From Candidatus Doudnabacteria bacterium (GTDB lineage: Bacteria > Patescibacteriota > Doudnabacteria > UBA920): DNA of 64,000 bases. Under the pieces are notes generated by a model. That model saw only the letters and a program-made list of their open reading frames with translations. It was not told the origin of the DNA and searched no databases. Positions 55,298 to 64,000 of the stretch are shown one piece after another (position 1 is the stretch's first letter; the number at the start of each line of letters is the position of its first letter). A program made the translations under genes and the position numbers. Location of the stretch: assembly GCA_003151625.1 (NCBI GenBank), contig PLYC01000013.1:93210-157209 (forward strand). The letters are read 5' to 3'.

Positions 55298-57576
55298 TGT
55301 TTTAATTTACGTCCGATTTTAAATTGCCAATAAAATAATATCAGCCACGCTAACAGCGCAAAAAAAGACAGTTTCCAGCCTAAACCGTATGCGTAATTCT
55401 TGGGATGATAAGCAATTGTGGAGGAATCTTGTCCGGCTAAAATTGGCAGAGCCCGCAGTCCCATTACATTTGAAACCGGAATTAGCTGGTTGCCAATCTC
55501 TTCAAACCAGCCTGGGTAAAAGTTGTCGGTGGTTATCAAATAGCCTTGCGTCCCGTTATTATAGCCAATTTTTTCTGTACCGTCTTCCAAAACGGAAAAA
55601 GAAGCGACCGGAGAAACCAAATCCAAATTTTTGCCTGTTTGCAAATCGGCAAGCTTATTCGCTAAATCATTAAGATTCGAAGCATTTATGGTGAATGCCC
55701 TAGGCAAAGGGTTGCTTAATTTTAATACGGTATAATTATTATCATTAAAGGCCACGCTGGTATCGCCGGGATGGGATTGCAGAAAGTCCAACCCCTTTTG
55801 ATTTGGAAATAACAAATACCCAACGCTTAAAAAACGCAACGCATTTAAATTGGGGTCGCTAAAAGTATATTCGGGGGAATAGTTGTAATTACCCACGGCT
55901 GCTTTGAGTTGTTTATTGCTGGTTAAATAAATTGTGTCATGGTCGTTGAGTTCGTTAATGTGGTACCAGGTGCCGATGTTAGGGAGCAATACATCGCCAA
56001 AAGTAAAGACACGGTAAAAATTTTGGGTATACTGTGTTTGCAAATAATTCAAAGCAGGCTCGTTTGGGTAAAAGTCCGTTGGCCTGGAAGTTTTCATAAA
56101 AATCATCCCGTGGAAAGCCGTCTCAAACGAAACTAAAATAAACAAAAACGCCAAAGCACTTTTTTTTGGCAAATACTTAAAAATAAAATAGGCAATAAGT
56201 AAATTTACAAAAAATACCGTAATCAATACGTCTTGCCATAGGCTAACCGTGTGCCAGTCTAAATTATGGGCGAACTGCCATCCGTGCGTGATCAACCGAT
56301 TTGCAATAATCAGAACAATCGAAAAAATCGTAAATCCCGCAAACGTCCGGTTTAGAAGCTTACGGCTGATTTTGCCATTAATTAAATTATCCAAACCAAA
56401 GGCCGCGAGCACAGAGCCGCAAAATGCCCATATGTATAAAAGTCGATTGTTATAATTTAGGTTAAAGCCCGGAAGTTTATTTATCAGAAAATAAATAAAC
56501 GGCGCGTGATAAACCAAAGCGAGGCAAAATAGTGTCGCAACTGCGAAAAACCATACGTGTTTTTTTACCTGTCTTTTAAAGGACATCAAGGATAAAATGA
56601 GCCCGCTGATGCCAATGTAGCCAAGCGCCAGTTCACCATAATTTGGCACGAGCAAATAACTGAAGTTTTTGACGCCGGTGTTGCCGTAAAAATCCGGAAT
56701 AATATTCGCCAAAAAAAGTAGTGGTTGTAAATAAAAGGGATTTTCGGTAAAGCCCGAGCGGTAATTTAAGTTGGCGCTTAATTTTAAATATTCCAAAAAT
56801 GGTAATACGGCCATTGCGGAGATAATCAGTCCGAGAAAAAATATGCAGGTAATTAACACAAGGCTAGAGACCCCCTTTTTAAAACTCAAACCGGAAAAAA
56901 ATGATTTAAAAATCGCGTAACCGTAAATTACAAAAAAGATGTAAAAAAAAGTCTGCGGATGTCCGGCTAACAGGCCTAAAGCCGTAACCGGAGCCAGCCA
57001 AAGGACGGTTTTGGCATTATTAGCATTAAAATGCCTTTCAATAATAAAAAGAGATAATGGCAAAATTAAAATAACCGACGTAAGCGGCCATAAAAACCAT
57101 ATTACATTGGCGTTGCAAAATGCAAATAAGATTGCCCCGAGCAAACAGGAATAAATATTTAGCTTCAGCTCTCGCAAGTAAAAATACGTAAACAAACCCA
57201 TTAAAAACAATTTTAAAAAAGCGTAGGCGGCTAATGCTGCCCGAATGTTTAAAAAATAAAAAAGCCAAGTTAGCGGAAAAAATATTGCCGACTGCATATT
57301 CGCTAAAAGCGGCAAGCCGTTTCCGGAAAAAACATTCCAAAATGGAATATGGCCGGTTCGGATAATTTCCCCGGATAATTTCCACCACGGCAGCATTTGG
57401 GTAGTAATGTCTAAATAAGGGGCAACATAGTGGGTTGTATCTACAGGCGCCAATAATCGTCCCTGAAAAAATGACGGGGAAATAAAAAGGAGAACCAAAA
57501 AGCCCAGCACCATCATGGCTGCCAAGTTTGGCCGTGAATTAATAAGTTTTTTAGTCTTAAAAAAAATTTTATTCAT
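55294..57576 (-). CDS. YfhO-like GT-C membrane protein
   Basis: PFWN..SG.G.PLLAN.Q, AGHPQ, NPLPRAF, NFYPGW. Confidence 0.8.
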   Translation of the reverse strand: MNKIFFKTKKLINSRPNLAAMMVLGFLVLLFISPSFFQGRLLAPVDTTHYVAPYLDITTQMLPWWKLSGEIIRTGHIPFWNVFSGNGLPLLANMQSAIFFPLTWLFYFLNIRAALAAYAFLKLFLMGLFTYFYLRELKLNIYSCLLGAILFAFCNANVIWFLWPLTSVILILPLSLFIIERHFNANNAKTVLWLAPVTALGLLAGHPQTFFYIFFVIYGYAIFKSFFSGLSFKKGVSSLVLITCIFFLGLIISAMAVLPFLEYLKLSANLNYRSGFTENPFYLQPLLFLANIIPDFYGNTGVKNFSYLLVPNYGELALGYIGISGLILSLMSFKRQVKKHVWFFAVATLFCLALVYHAPFIYFLINKLPGFNLNYNNRLLYIWAFCGSVLAAFGLDNLINGKISRKLLNRTFAGFTIFSIVLIIANRLITHGWQFAHNLDWHTVSLWQDVLITVFFVNLLIAYFIFKYLPKKSALAFLFILVSFETAFHGMIFMKTSRPTDFYPNEPALNYLQTQYTQNFYRVFTFGDVLLPNIGTWYHINELNDHDTIYLTSNKQLKAAVGNYNYSPEYTFSDPNLNALRFLSVGYLLFPNQKGLDFLQSHPGDTSVAFNDNNYTVLKLSNPLPRAFTINASNLNDLANKLADLQTGKNLDLVSPVASFSVLEDGTEKIGYNNGTQGYLITTDNFYPGWFEEIGNQLIPVSNVMGLRALPILAGQDSSTIAYHPKNYAYGLGWKLSFFALLAWLILFYWQFKIGRKLKQ

Positions 57577-57694
57577 GTAAACTTATTAGCGACGTAGAGC
57601 GAGTGAAAGTTATCCGCCTGAGGCGGATAACTTTCCGAGCCCAAGGAGTCTTAATACAGGTTCAATACCTCGGAGTTCTACGAAGAGCGAACCT

Positions 57695-59356
57695 TTATTT
57701 GTTAGAATTAGTTTGCATTTCTTTCATGGAAAGCCCGGTGTTCTCCCCTTTGCGGGCTTTGGGCGTTACCCAAAATTCAAGATACTGCCCAAACATTAAA
57801 CGGGTTTGGGCTTCCACGGCGGGCAAGCTGCCAAAAATTACCGAAACTATTGGCACGAAAATCCACTGCACGTACATCATTGCCGACCGCCAAATGCTGT
57901 ATTTTTTCGGCCGCGGCGGCAATAAAACCATATTTATGTAAACACTAAAAATTAAAAATACCAGGGCTATATTTAATAGAATGACTGTTATTTTTGGCAG
58001 ATTGTATCCCACTACGCTTTGGTTAAAAGCGTCACCACCTAAATAAAGCGGCAAACGGCCCAACAGAGTAATAAGAATACTGGCTGTGGCCCAGTTAAAA
58101 TTCCCTTCCGCGTACTGGTAAAGCTTATACATTCTATCCCAAAACGGTGCTTTGGATTTTAAAAGCGCGGGGACCAAATGCGGATAATATTCGACATTGT
58201 AAGCCCAGCGGCGCTTTTGTTTATATTGATTTATTAAAGTTTGCCAGGTACTTGGAGCTAAGCAGGTATCCAGGGAAATGGGCACGAAAAGAGGAACAAC
58301 CTGGTAATCCCCGTTATAATGCAAATAGCATTGCCAATAAATATATCCGTCTTCATTAACAATATCTTTTTTCCAAAAACCTACCTCTATTAGAGCCCGC
58401 AATGTCATGGTGTGGGAAGAAAAAGTCCGCAGGCGGTCGGGCCGACTGCTCTCCGTAAATTGCCAAAAAGAGTTGGAAACCGAAACTACTCGGATTATTG
58501 CAGGACTGTCCCAAATGTTATTGTTGTAAATTGCCACCGGCTGATAGCTTTTTTGGTAAGGTTTGTCGGCGGTTAAAAATTCATACATAACCCGGGCAAA
58601 GTACTGGGGATGGATAATTGTGTCGGAGTCAAAATTGGAAATTAAAACCTGGTCGGTGTTAATTCCCAAATTTTTTAATTCCGGCAAAATTGACTGCACG
58701 GCATAACTGGCATTGGCGCTCTTACCTTTAATCTCGCCAAAAAGCCCGTCGGGGTGGATTGAAACAAAGAATTTAAAAAAATGTTCCTGGTACTTTTGTT
58801 TAATTTGCGCGGCCACTTCCTGGCCTTTAATGCCCGCACGGACTTCACCGGCCAACAGCATTATCATTTTGTCCTTAGGATAGTGGCTCGCGACCAGGGC
58901 TTCGAAAGTTGAATTTAGAACTTCAAAACTTTCGTCAATAAAAGGAATTAAAATTACCTGATAGTAGTTTAAGTAATCGCCGCCCTTTTTGCTTTGGCTA
59001 ATTGCCACTTTTAATCTTTTTACTTCATTTCTAAAAAAAACTTTTGCTTGTGAAGTTTGTGCTGCGTGGCCTTGTGTTGCTAGAAATTCCGTAAAGCTTC
59101 CAAAATTATTAAGCCTTTTTATGTAATCGTGCCAGTCTATAGTGACTATAAATTTAAATTTCCAATAACTGGTGAGTAAATGAGCGGCCACGTTAATGGC
59201 TTTTAAAACCCAGTATAAATCAAAACAAATTATAAAGAGTGCCGCCCATACCGGCTGGTAGTAAGAAAGTAAAATCGAGCCAAAAAAAACCGCCCAGAAC
59301 TGCAGTCCCGGTATTGTTTCCCAAAGTCTTTCTTGAAACGTCCTTTTTCTAAACAT
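57695..59356 (-). CDS. Glycosyltransferase family 2 membrane protein
   Basis: GK..N, FDSD, NED, QKRRW; several TM segments. Confidence 0.88.
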   Translation of the reverse strand: MFRKRTFQERLWETIPGLQFWAVFFGSILLSYYQPVWAALFIICFDLYWVLKAINVAAHLLTSYWKFKFIVTIDWHDYIKRLNNFGSFTEFLATQGHAAQTSQAKVFFRNEVKRLKVAISQSKKGGDYLNYYQVILIPFIDESFEVLNSTFEALVASHYPKDKMIMLLAGEVRAGIKGQEVAAQIKQKYQEHFFKFFVSIHPDGLFGEIKGKSANASYAVQSILPELKNLGINTDQVLISNFDSDTIIHPQYFARVMYEFLTADKPYQKSYQPVAIYNNNIWDSPAIIRVVSVSNSFWQFTESSRPDRLRTFSSHTMTLRALIEVGFWKKDIVNEDGYIYWQCYLHYNGDYQVVPLFVPISLDTCLAPSTWQTLINQYKQKRRWAYNVEYYPHLVPALLKSKAPFWDRMYKLYQYAEGNFNWATASILITLLGRLPLYLGGDAFNQSVVGYNLPKITVILLNIALVFLIFSVYINMVLLPPRPKKYSIWRSAMMYVQWIFVPIVSVIFGSLPAVEAQTRLMFGQYLEFWVTPKARKGENTGLSMKEMQTNSNK

Positions 59357-59599
59357 AAGAAATAAATCGAATCTGCGAATAAGACCCGCCTGCCTTTGCC
59401 TGTCATTTAAGTTTAGATGATTGTTGACAGTTAATTAAAATACCAATACTCATCAAACTAACTACTAAAGGCTATGGCGGGCAGGCGAATCAACGAATGA
59501 CTACGAAGTGGTGCAATCCGTATATTTGTTGTTATTCGTAGATTCGCCCGCCTCGCGTCGACGCGAGTCGAGGCGGGTTCCATTCGTTGATTCGATTTA

Positions 59600-59956
59600 T
59601 TAATTAACTTTTGCCAAAAACAAAACAGCGGCAAGTAAAATTAATTGCGCGCAAATACTGATAAAAACAGTAAGCAGCGACAGAAAGAATTTATTATCCT
59701 TTAGCGCTTTATAAAGGACGTAATTTACAGCCGATACTGCCAGGCCGATCCCGGGAATAAAATATAAATTTTTTCCCTTGCCATACCACTGCACCCCGAC
59801 CAAAACATTATAGTGCAAAGCCAGGGTCTTATTCCCAGGGTGAATTTTGAAATAAATGAATAAAAATGTTATAATGTTAAAAATTAGACAAAGAGCCCAC
59901 AGAAACCAAACGTTCGATAACCAAAATCTGACTTTTTCCGTCCAAGTAAGCGACAT
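59600..59956 (-). CDS. Small membrane protein
   Basis: Three TM segments, LHYNV..GV. Confidence 0.7.
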   Translation of the reverse strand: MSLTWTEKVRFWLSNVWFLWALCLIFNIITFLFIYFKIHPGNKTLALHYNVLVGVQWYGKGKNLYFIPGIGLAVSAVNYVLYKALKDNKFFLSLLTVFISICAQLILLAAVLFLAKVN

Positions 59957-60086
59957 TTAGTTTGATATGTTTAATTTTTCGTTACCTGCTCAAGTATAGC
60001 AAAATAATAGGGTTATTTCCATCCCCAAACAGTTTTTAAAAATTTCGAATATCGCGAAAAATATCTTAATTAAGGCAAAAAACCAA

Positions 60087-61877
60087 ATGAGTCAAAAGCA
60101 AAAGGCGGGTTTTATTGTAATAATCTTTTTAGCAATATTTTTCAGATTTTATCAAATTGCCAAAATGCCCGGCGGGCTGTTCCCGGACATGGCGGCCAAC
60201 GGCCTGGATATTAATTTAATGCAACAAGGTCGCCTCCAGCCTTTTTACGAAAGGGGCAACGGGCGGGAGGCTTTGTTTTTTTACATGGAATGGGCTTCGG
60301 TCGCGCTTTTTGGCAAAGGAGTCTGGCAATTTAGCATTGTCTCCGCACTGTTTGGCGTTCTGGCTGTTATGATGTGTTATTTTGTCTGCTACAGATTATT
60401 TTTAATGGGTGAGAATCGCGATGATCCTCTGGTCAAGAAAAGGTCGGTTAATATTTCTTTGCTGGCGATGTTTTTAATGGCCGTTTCTTCCTGGCACGTT
60501 GTTTTATCACGAACCGCCTTTAGGGCAACTTTAATCCCATTTTTTTCCGCTTTAACAATATATTTTTTGCTTCGTGCTTATCAGGCCGGTTCTGTAAAAG
60601 CTAAATTAGCCCATTCTTTTTTATTTGGAGCAAGCTTTGCCTTGGGTTTTTATACTTATATTGCTTTCCGTATTATGGCTCCAATTTTGGTCGCGGCGGT
60701 GGCTTGGCCGTGGCTTGGCACGATAAAAATTAGCGAGTTTAAACTAACTGCTAAAAAATATTTTTTGCCTGTAATTGTATCGTTAGTGGCTTTTATAATT
60801 TTCTTTTTCCCATTGGGAAAATATTTTTACGACCACCCTGGCTCTTTTGTCGGCCGCGCCGGGCAAGTCAGTATTTTTAACCAAACTTTGTACACAATTA
60901 ACGGGGTTCAGCTTACTTCCAAGCCTCCCTTAGTGGATGTTATCGCTGTTGCAGTGGAAGTTTTTAAAACGCAATTTTTGGGATTTTTTACCCAGGGCGA
61001 TTTAAACTGGCGGCAAAATATTTCGGGCTATCCGTTTCTGTCGCCATTAGTTAGCCCGTTTTTTGCTGGTGGGCTGGCAGTTATTGTTTTCGTGGGAATT
61101 TGGTACTTTTTTGCCCCGAATAAGCGTTCTTACTGGTGGAAATACTACCTGCTTACAGGTTGGTTCTTTGGCATGCTTTTGCCTGTTATTACCACAGCTG
61201 AAGGCATCCCTCACGGGCTCAGGGGCATCGGGGTTATCCCAGTAGTATTTATAATTTCCGCCTGGGCTATTTATTCATTCGCTCAAATTATTTTGAAACT
61301 TCACAAGAGACTTTGGGAAAGGGTTTTGTACCACTTCAAAGACCCGCAATGGATAAGAGATAATCATTTTACGCCCCTTCGTATGAGGGTGGTAAATTTT
61401 GGGCTTAAGCTCGTCGCGGTTTGTTTTTGTCTGGCGTTAATTTTGCAAACCTACTTTTTGTATTTTGTAAACGCGGCCAATGACCCCGCGAACTTTTATT
61501 ATTTCCGCTCCGACCTAACACCTGTTAGCCAATATCTTATTGATAGTTGTAATCAATCCGTGGGCGCCGGCCTTGGTTCAACTGCGGCGCATACGTATTT
61601 AGTTTTGGACAAATACTCCGTGCAAACAACGGACTATTTAACCAGCAACCGGTATGGAAACTTCAGTGACCCCTGCAATGTCCCCTACCAGCAGATTGAT
61701 CCGGAAAACTCCTGGCAGCTCACCGATTTAACCTCGCAAGACCAAATTGTCTTTACTCAAAGCAGTATGTTCGACACTAAAAAATTTAAGCAATACCATT
61801 CCGACGAACATTTAATTTTAGAATACCGCAACCAATTTAACCAAAGCGTGATGGCGGTATATAAGATAAATAAATAA
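60087..61877 (+). CDS. GT-C (PMT/ArnT-like) glycosyltransferase
   Basis: FRFY.I..MP.GL..D, GRE.LF.Y, SSWH...SR; many TM segments. Confidence 0.82.
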   Translation: MSQKQKAGFIVIIFLAIFFRFYQIAKMPGGLFPDMAANGLDINLMQQGRLQPFYERGNGREALFFYMEWASVALFGKGVWQFSIVSALFGVLAVMMCYFVCYRLFLMGENRDDPLVKKRSVNISLLAMFLMAVSSWHVVLSRTAFRATLIPFFSALTIYFLLRAYQAGSVKAKLAHSFLFGASFALGFYTYIAFRIMAPILVAAVAWPWLGTIKISEFKLTAKKYFLPVIVSLVAFIIFFFPLGKYFYDHPGSFVGRAGQVSIFNQTLYTINGVQLTSKPPLVDVIAVAVEVFKTQFLGFFTQGDLNWRQNISGYPFLSPLVSPFFAGGLAVIVFVGIWYFFAPNKRSYWWKYYLLTGWFFGMLLPVITTAEGIPHGLRGIGVIPVVFIISAWAIYSFAQIILKLHKRLWERVLYHFKDPQWIRDNHFTPLRMRVVNFGLKLVAVCFCLALILQTYFLYFVNAANDPANFYYFRSDLTPVSQYLIDSCNQSVGAGLGSTAAHTYLVLDKYSVQTTDYLTSNRYGNFSDPCNVPYQQIDPENSWQLTDLTSQDQIVFTQSSMFDTKKFKQYHSDEHLILEYRNQFNQSVMAVYKINK

Positions 61878-61961
61878 TTTTTTGTTTCAAGTTTAGTGTA
61901 ATAAAGCTTATGGCCATATATTCTATTACACTAAATAAAATCGGGATTTTCTTTTAAAGTT

Positions 61962-63023
61962 ATGAAACTAAAATACTGGGCAATTATAATATTAGCAACC
62001 GCCGCAGTTTGCGCCGGAGTCTTTTATTACCTTAACCAACCCGCGCCGGACTTGGGTCCGGTTGTGGTTCATCACGCGTTAAAATCGGAATCTCCTCCCA
62101 CTCCCCAACCTTCCGCTTCTTCATCGTCGGCAGACATTAGCGCGATATCGTTCCCGAGCGCAGTTGAGGGGTGGAAGACATATACCAATAGTCAGTATGG
62201 GTTTTTTGTCTCTTATCCTGACAATTTGGAAGTAACGGAAGGCAAGAAGGATAATTCCGTGTCATTTTCCGATCCAAAATATAATGATCTGCCATCTATT
62301 TTGACTATCTCTGTTGAACAATCTACTAAACAATATTTGGGAACTCAGCAGCAAATGCTTTTAGCGCTTGCAAAGGATCAATTAGGGGGAAATTTTTCTT
62401 CACTTAGGCGTTATCAAGGTAATGAGATAATAGTTGACTCGCTAGACATTTATGGCGTGCACTCATACATTTACGATTCGAGCTTAAATTTGTTCGCTTC
62501 GATTATTGGACGTGATTCTGCGGATGATAATAATGATTTGTATAATAAGATTTTATCAACTTTTCAATTTACCCAACCCCAAGCCGGCGCCAGCGTGACA
62601 ACGTCCCCGAGCGCAGTCGTGGGGTGGAAGACATATGTGAGTAGTGACTATGGGGTTGAGTTTGATTACCCGGCGGATTGGACTATAGGGATTGATTCGT
62701 ATGATCAGTCTATCTCTATTAATGAGCCGGGAGATGATTTGGGTGATGGCAGTATCGGTATCTCAAAAAATTTGTATACTAAAGAAGCCGTTCTTGCTCA
62801 AATAAATCAGGATCCAGAAGTCCAAATTATTGGTCAGACTACAGAGGTATATAACAATTTAAACTGGTCTAAAGTAACAACTAAAGAAAAAGCATCGGGA
62901 CATATTGGTATAGATTATTTTAATAAAAAAAATAACGATACAGTAACTATTGCTTATTTCTATTACCCTACACAAGAAATGGTAGTGAAAAAAGTCTTAA
63001 ACTCTTTTAAATTTACAAAATAA
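61962..63023 (+). CDS. Surface protein with two WKTY..YG...YP (PsbP-like) domains
   Basis: N-terminal TM segment, P/S-rich linker, two WKTY...YP...ILSTF.F type units. Confidence 0.8.
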   Translation: MKLKYWAIIILATAAVCAGVFYYLNQPAPDLGPVVVHHALKSESPPTPQPSASSSSADISAISFPSAVEGWKTYTNSQYGFFVSYPDNLEVTEGKKDNSVSFSDPKYNDLPSILTISVEQSTKQYLGTQQQMLLALAKDQLGGNFSSLRRYQGNEIIVDSLDIYGVHSYIYDSSLNLFASIIGRDSADDNNDLYNKILSTFQFTQPQAGASVTTSPSAVVGWKTYVSSDYGVEFDYPADWTIGIDSYDQSISINEPGDDLGDGSIGISKNLYTKEAVLAQINQDPEVQIIGQTTEVYNNLNWSKVTTKEKASGHIGIDYFNKKNNDTVTIAYFYYPTQEMVVKKVLNSFKFTK

Positions 63024-63029
63024 CATTTC

Positions 63030-64000
63030 ATGAAACCAAAATACCGGGCAATTATAATATTAGCAACCGCCGCGATTTGTGCTGGTGTTGTTTATTATCT
63101 AGATCAACCCATTTCTGATTTGGGACCGATTACGATTCATCATGTGGTAAAAACCGCAGTAACTCCCTCATTTGGCACTTCTTCATCGTCAATAGATATC
63201 AGCGGCTGGCAGACTTATACTAATAGCCAGTATGGGTTTGAATTAAAATATCCCGTCGATTGGCAGGATGTAAATGGCACCGGACAGGGTGAGATACTGG
63301 ATATTGTTTACCAAAGAAATAAAGCTACACACGCGGAAGGTGTTGGGTATTCTTATCCCGGAGAGATTTTTTTGAGAGGAATTACAAAAAAATCAATTCT
63401 CGTTCCTTACGGTTCAACTCCGCCAGCAAACTTTTTGGATTTTGCGAAAGAGTACGATGTCTCGGGTTTAGATAACCAGGGAAACGTAGTGCCGCTTATG
63501 GCAATTGACGGTCACCAGGCAGTGCAGATTAATGCACCTGACAATCTCACTGGCCCTGATAAAGGATTAGTGCCAAATATTACACTATTGATTGATTATT
63601 CATCCGATTCTGTCATTTGGGTTGAAGTTAATTATTTTTACGAAAATAAGGATTATGTTTCAAAAACTTTTAATCAAATCCTTTCAACTTTTAAATTTAT
63701 TGCTCCGGTCACACCCCCTACAGCTCAAACCGACACGAGTGGGTGGAAGACATATACCAATAGCCATGACGGTTATCAGATACAGTATCCTTCAGATATA
63801 TCAACATCTTATTCAAATGGTGATTTAAGATTGCAAAACTACCCCTCCACAGAAGATAATTTTAAGAGCGGAGAGTTCTTTATGGATATTTTTGCGACAG
63901 ACATCGAAACTGGCTTCAAAAGCCATATCGATAATGTCCAAACTTACCAATTTGGTAACGCGACCGGTTATGGCGGCGGTCGAGCAGATGCGGACATAAG
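63030..64000 (+). CDS. Paralogous WKTY-domain surface protein, runs off the window (not in ORF track)
   Basis: MKPKYRAIIILATAAICAGVVYYL...WQTYTNSQYGFELKYP...QILSTFKF...WKTYTN; no stop seen before 64000. Confidence 0.8.
   Translation, partial: MKPKYRAIIILATAAICAGVVYYLDQPISDLGPITIHHVVKTAVTPSFGTSSSSIDISGWQTYTNSQYGFELKYPVDWQDVNGTGQGEILDIVYQRNKATHAEGVGYSYPGEIFLRGITKKSILVPYGSTPPANFLDFAKEYDVSGLDNQGNVVPLMAIDGHQAVQINAPDNLTGPDKGLVPNITLLIDYSSDSVIWVEVNYFYENKDYVSKTFNQILSTFKFIAPVTPPTAQTDTSGWKTYTNSHDGYQIQYPSDISTSYSNGDLRLQNYPSTEDNFKSGEFFMDIFATDIETGFKSHIDNVQTYQFGNATGYGGGRADADI

Noticed and set aside
234-63828. Numerous short antisense or nested ORFs in the six-frame track
   Set aside because: They are shadows of well-supported genes on the opposite strand or in another frame, with no motifs.
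61962-64000. Diversity-generating retroelement target/template pair
   Set aside because: No reverse transcriptase in the window, and differences between repeats are not adenine-specific.

Overview
Bacterial chromosome segment. Gene content and style suggest CPR/Patescibacteria (inference); genetic code 11. Positions 1687-26607 are a ~24.9 kb integrative defence island with a tyrosine recombinase near each end, ParB, an ArdC-N/RadC cluster, several nucleases, ABC-ATPase systems, a Type IIG RM enzyme and a SNF2 helicase. It inserted at the 7-bp anticodon loop (ATGGTAA) of the host tRNA-Thr(GGU) gene and split it into an orphan 5' half (26601-26638) and 3' half (1649-1693). Neither junction restores the gene. 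Instead the island carries a complete tRNA-Thr(GGU) with identical exons (26198-26460), interrupted inside that same 7-bp core by a 187-nt group I intron. This looks like a replacement tRNA that cannot itself be used as an attB, and it is the top finding. A large serine recombinase of a neighbouring element reads antisense into the tRNA 3' half. The rest (26686-64000) is housekeeping DNA (tsf, rpsB, rpmE, prfA, prmC, rplY, rodA, dnaE, thrS, map, two adk-like genes, cysS, dnaB, recR, rplU, glycosyltransferases). It contains a candidate non-canonical T-box riboswitch with an ACC (Thr) specifier upstream of thrS. Three small nuclease-fold genes (GIY-YIG, DUF559, PaaX/Cas2-like) are each bracketed by their own palindromic repeat family, with solo copies elsewhere. 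There are also heptamer runs inside core genes and duplicated gene termini (prmC, rplU). All calls are from reading motifs by eye; no database searches were run.
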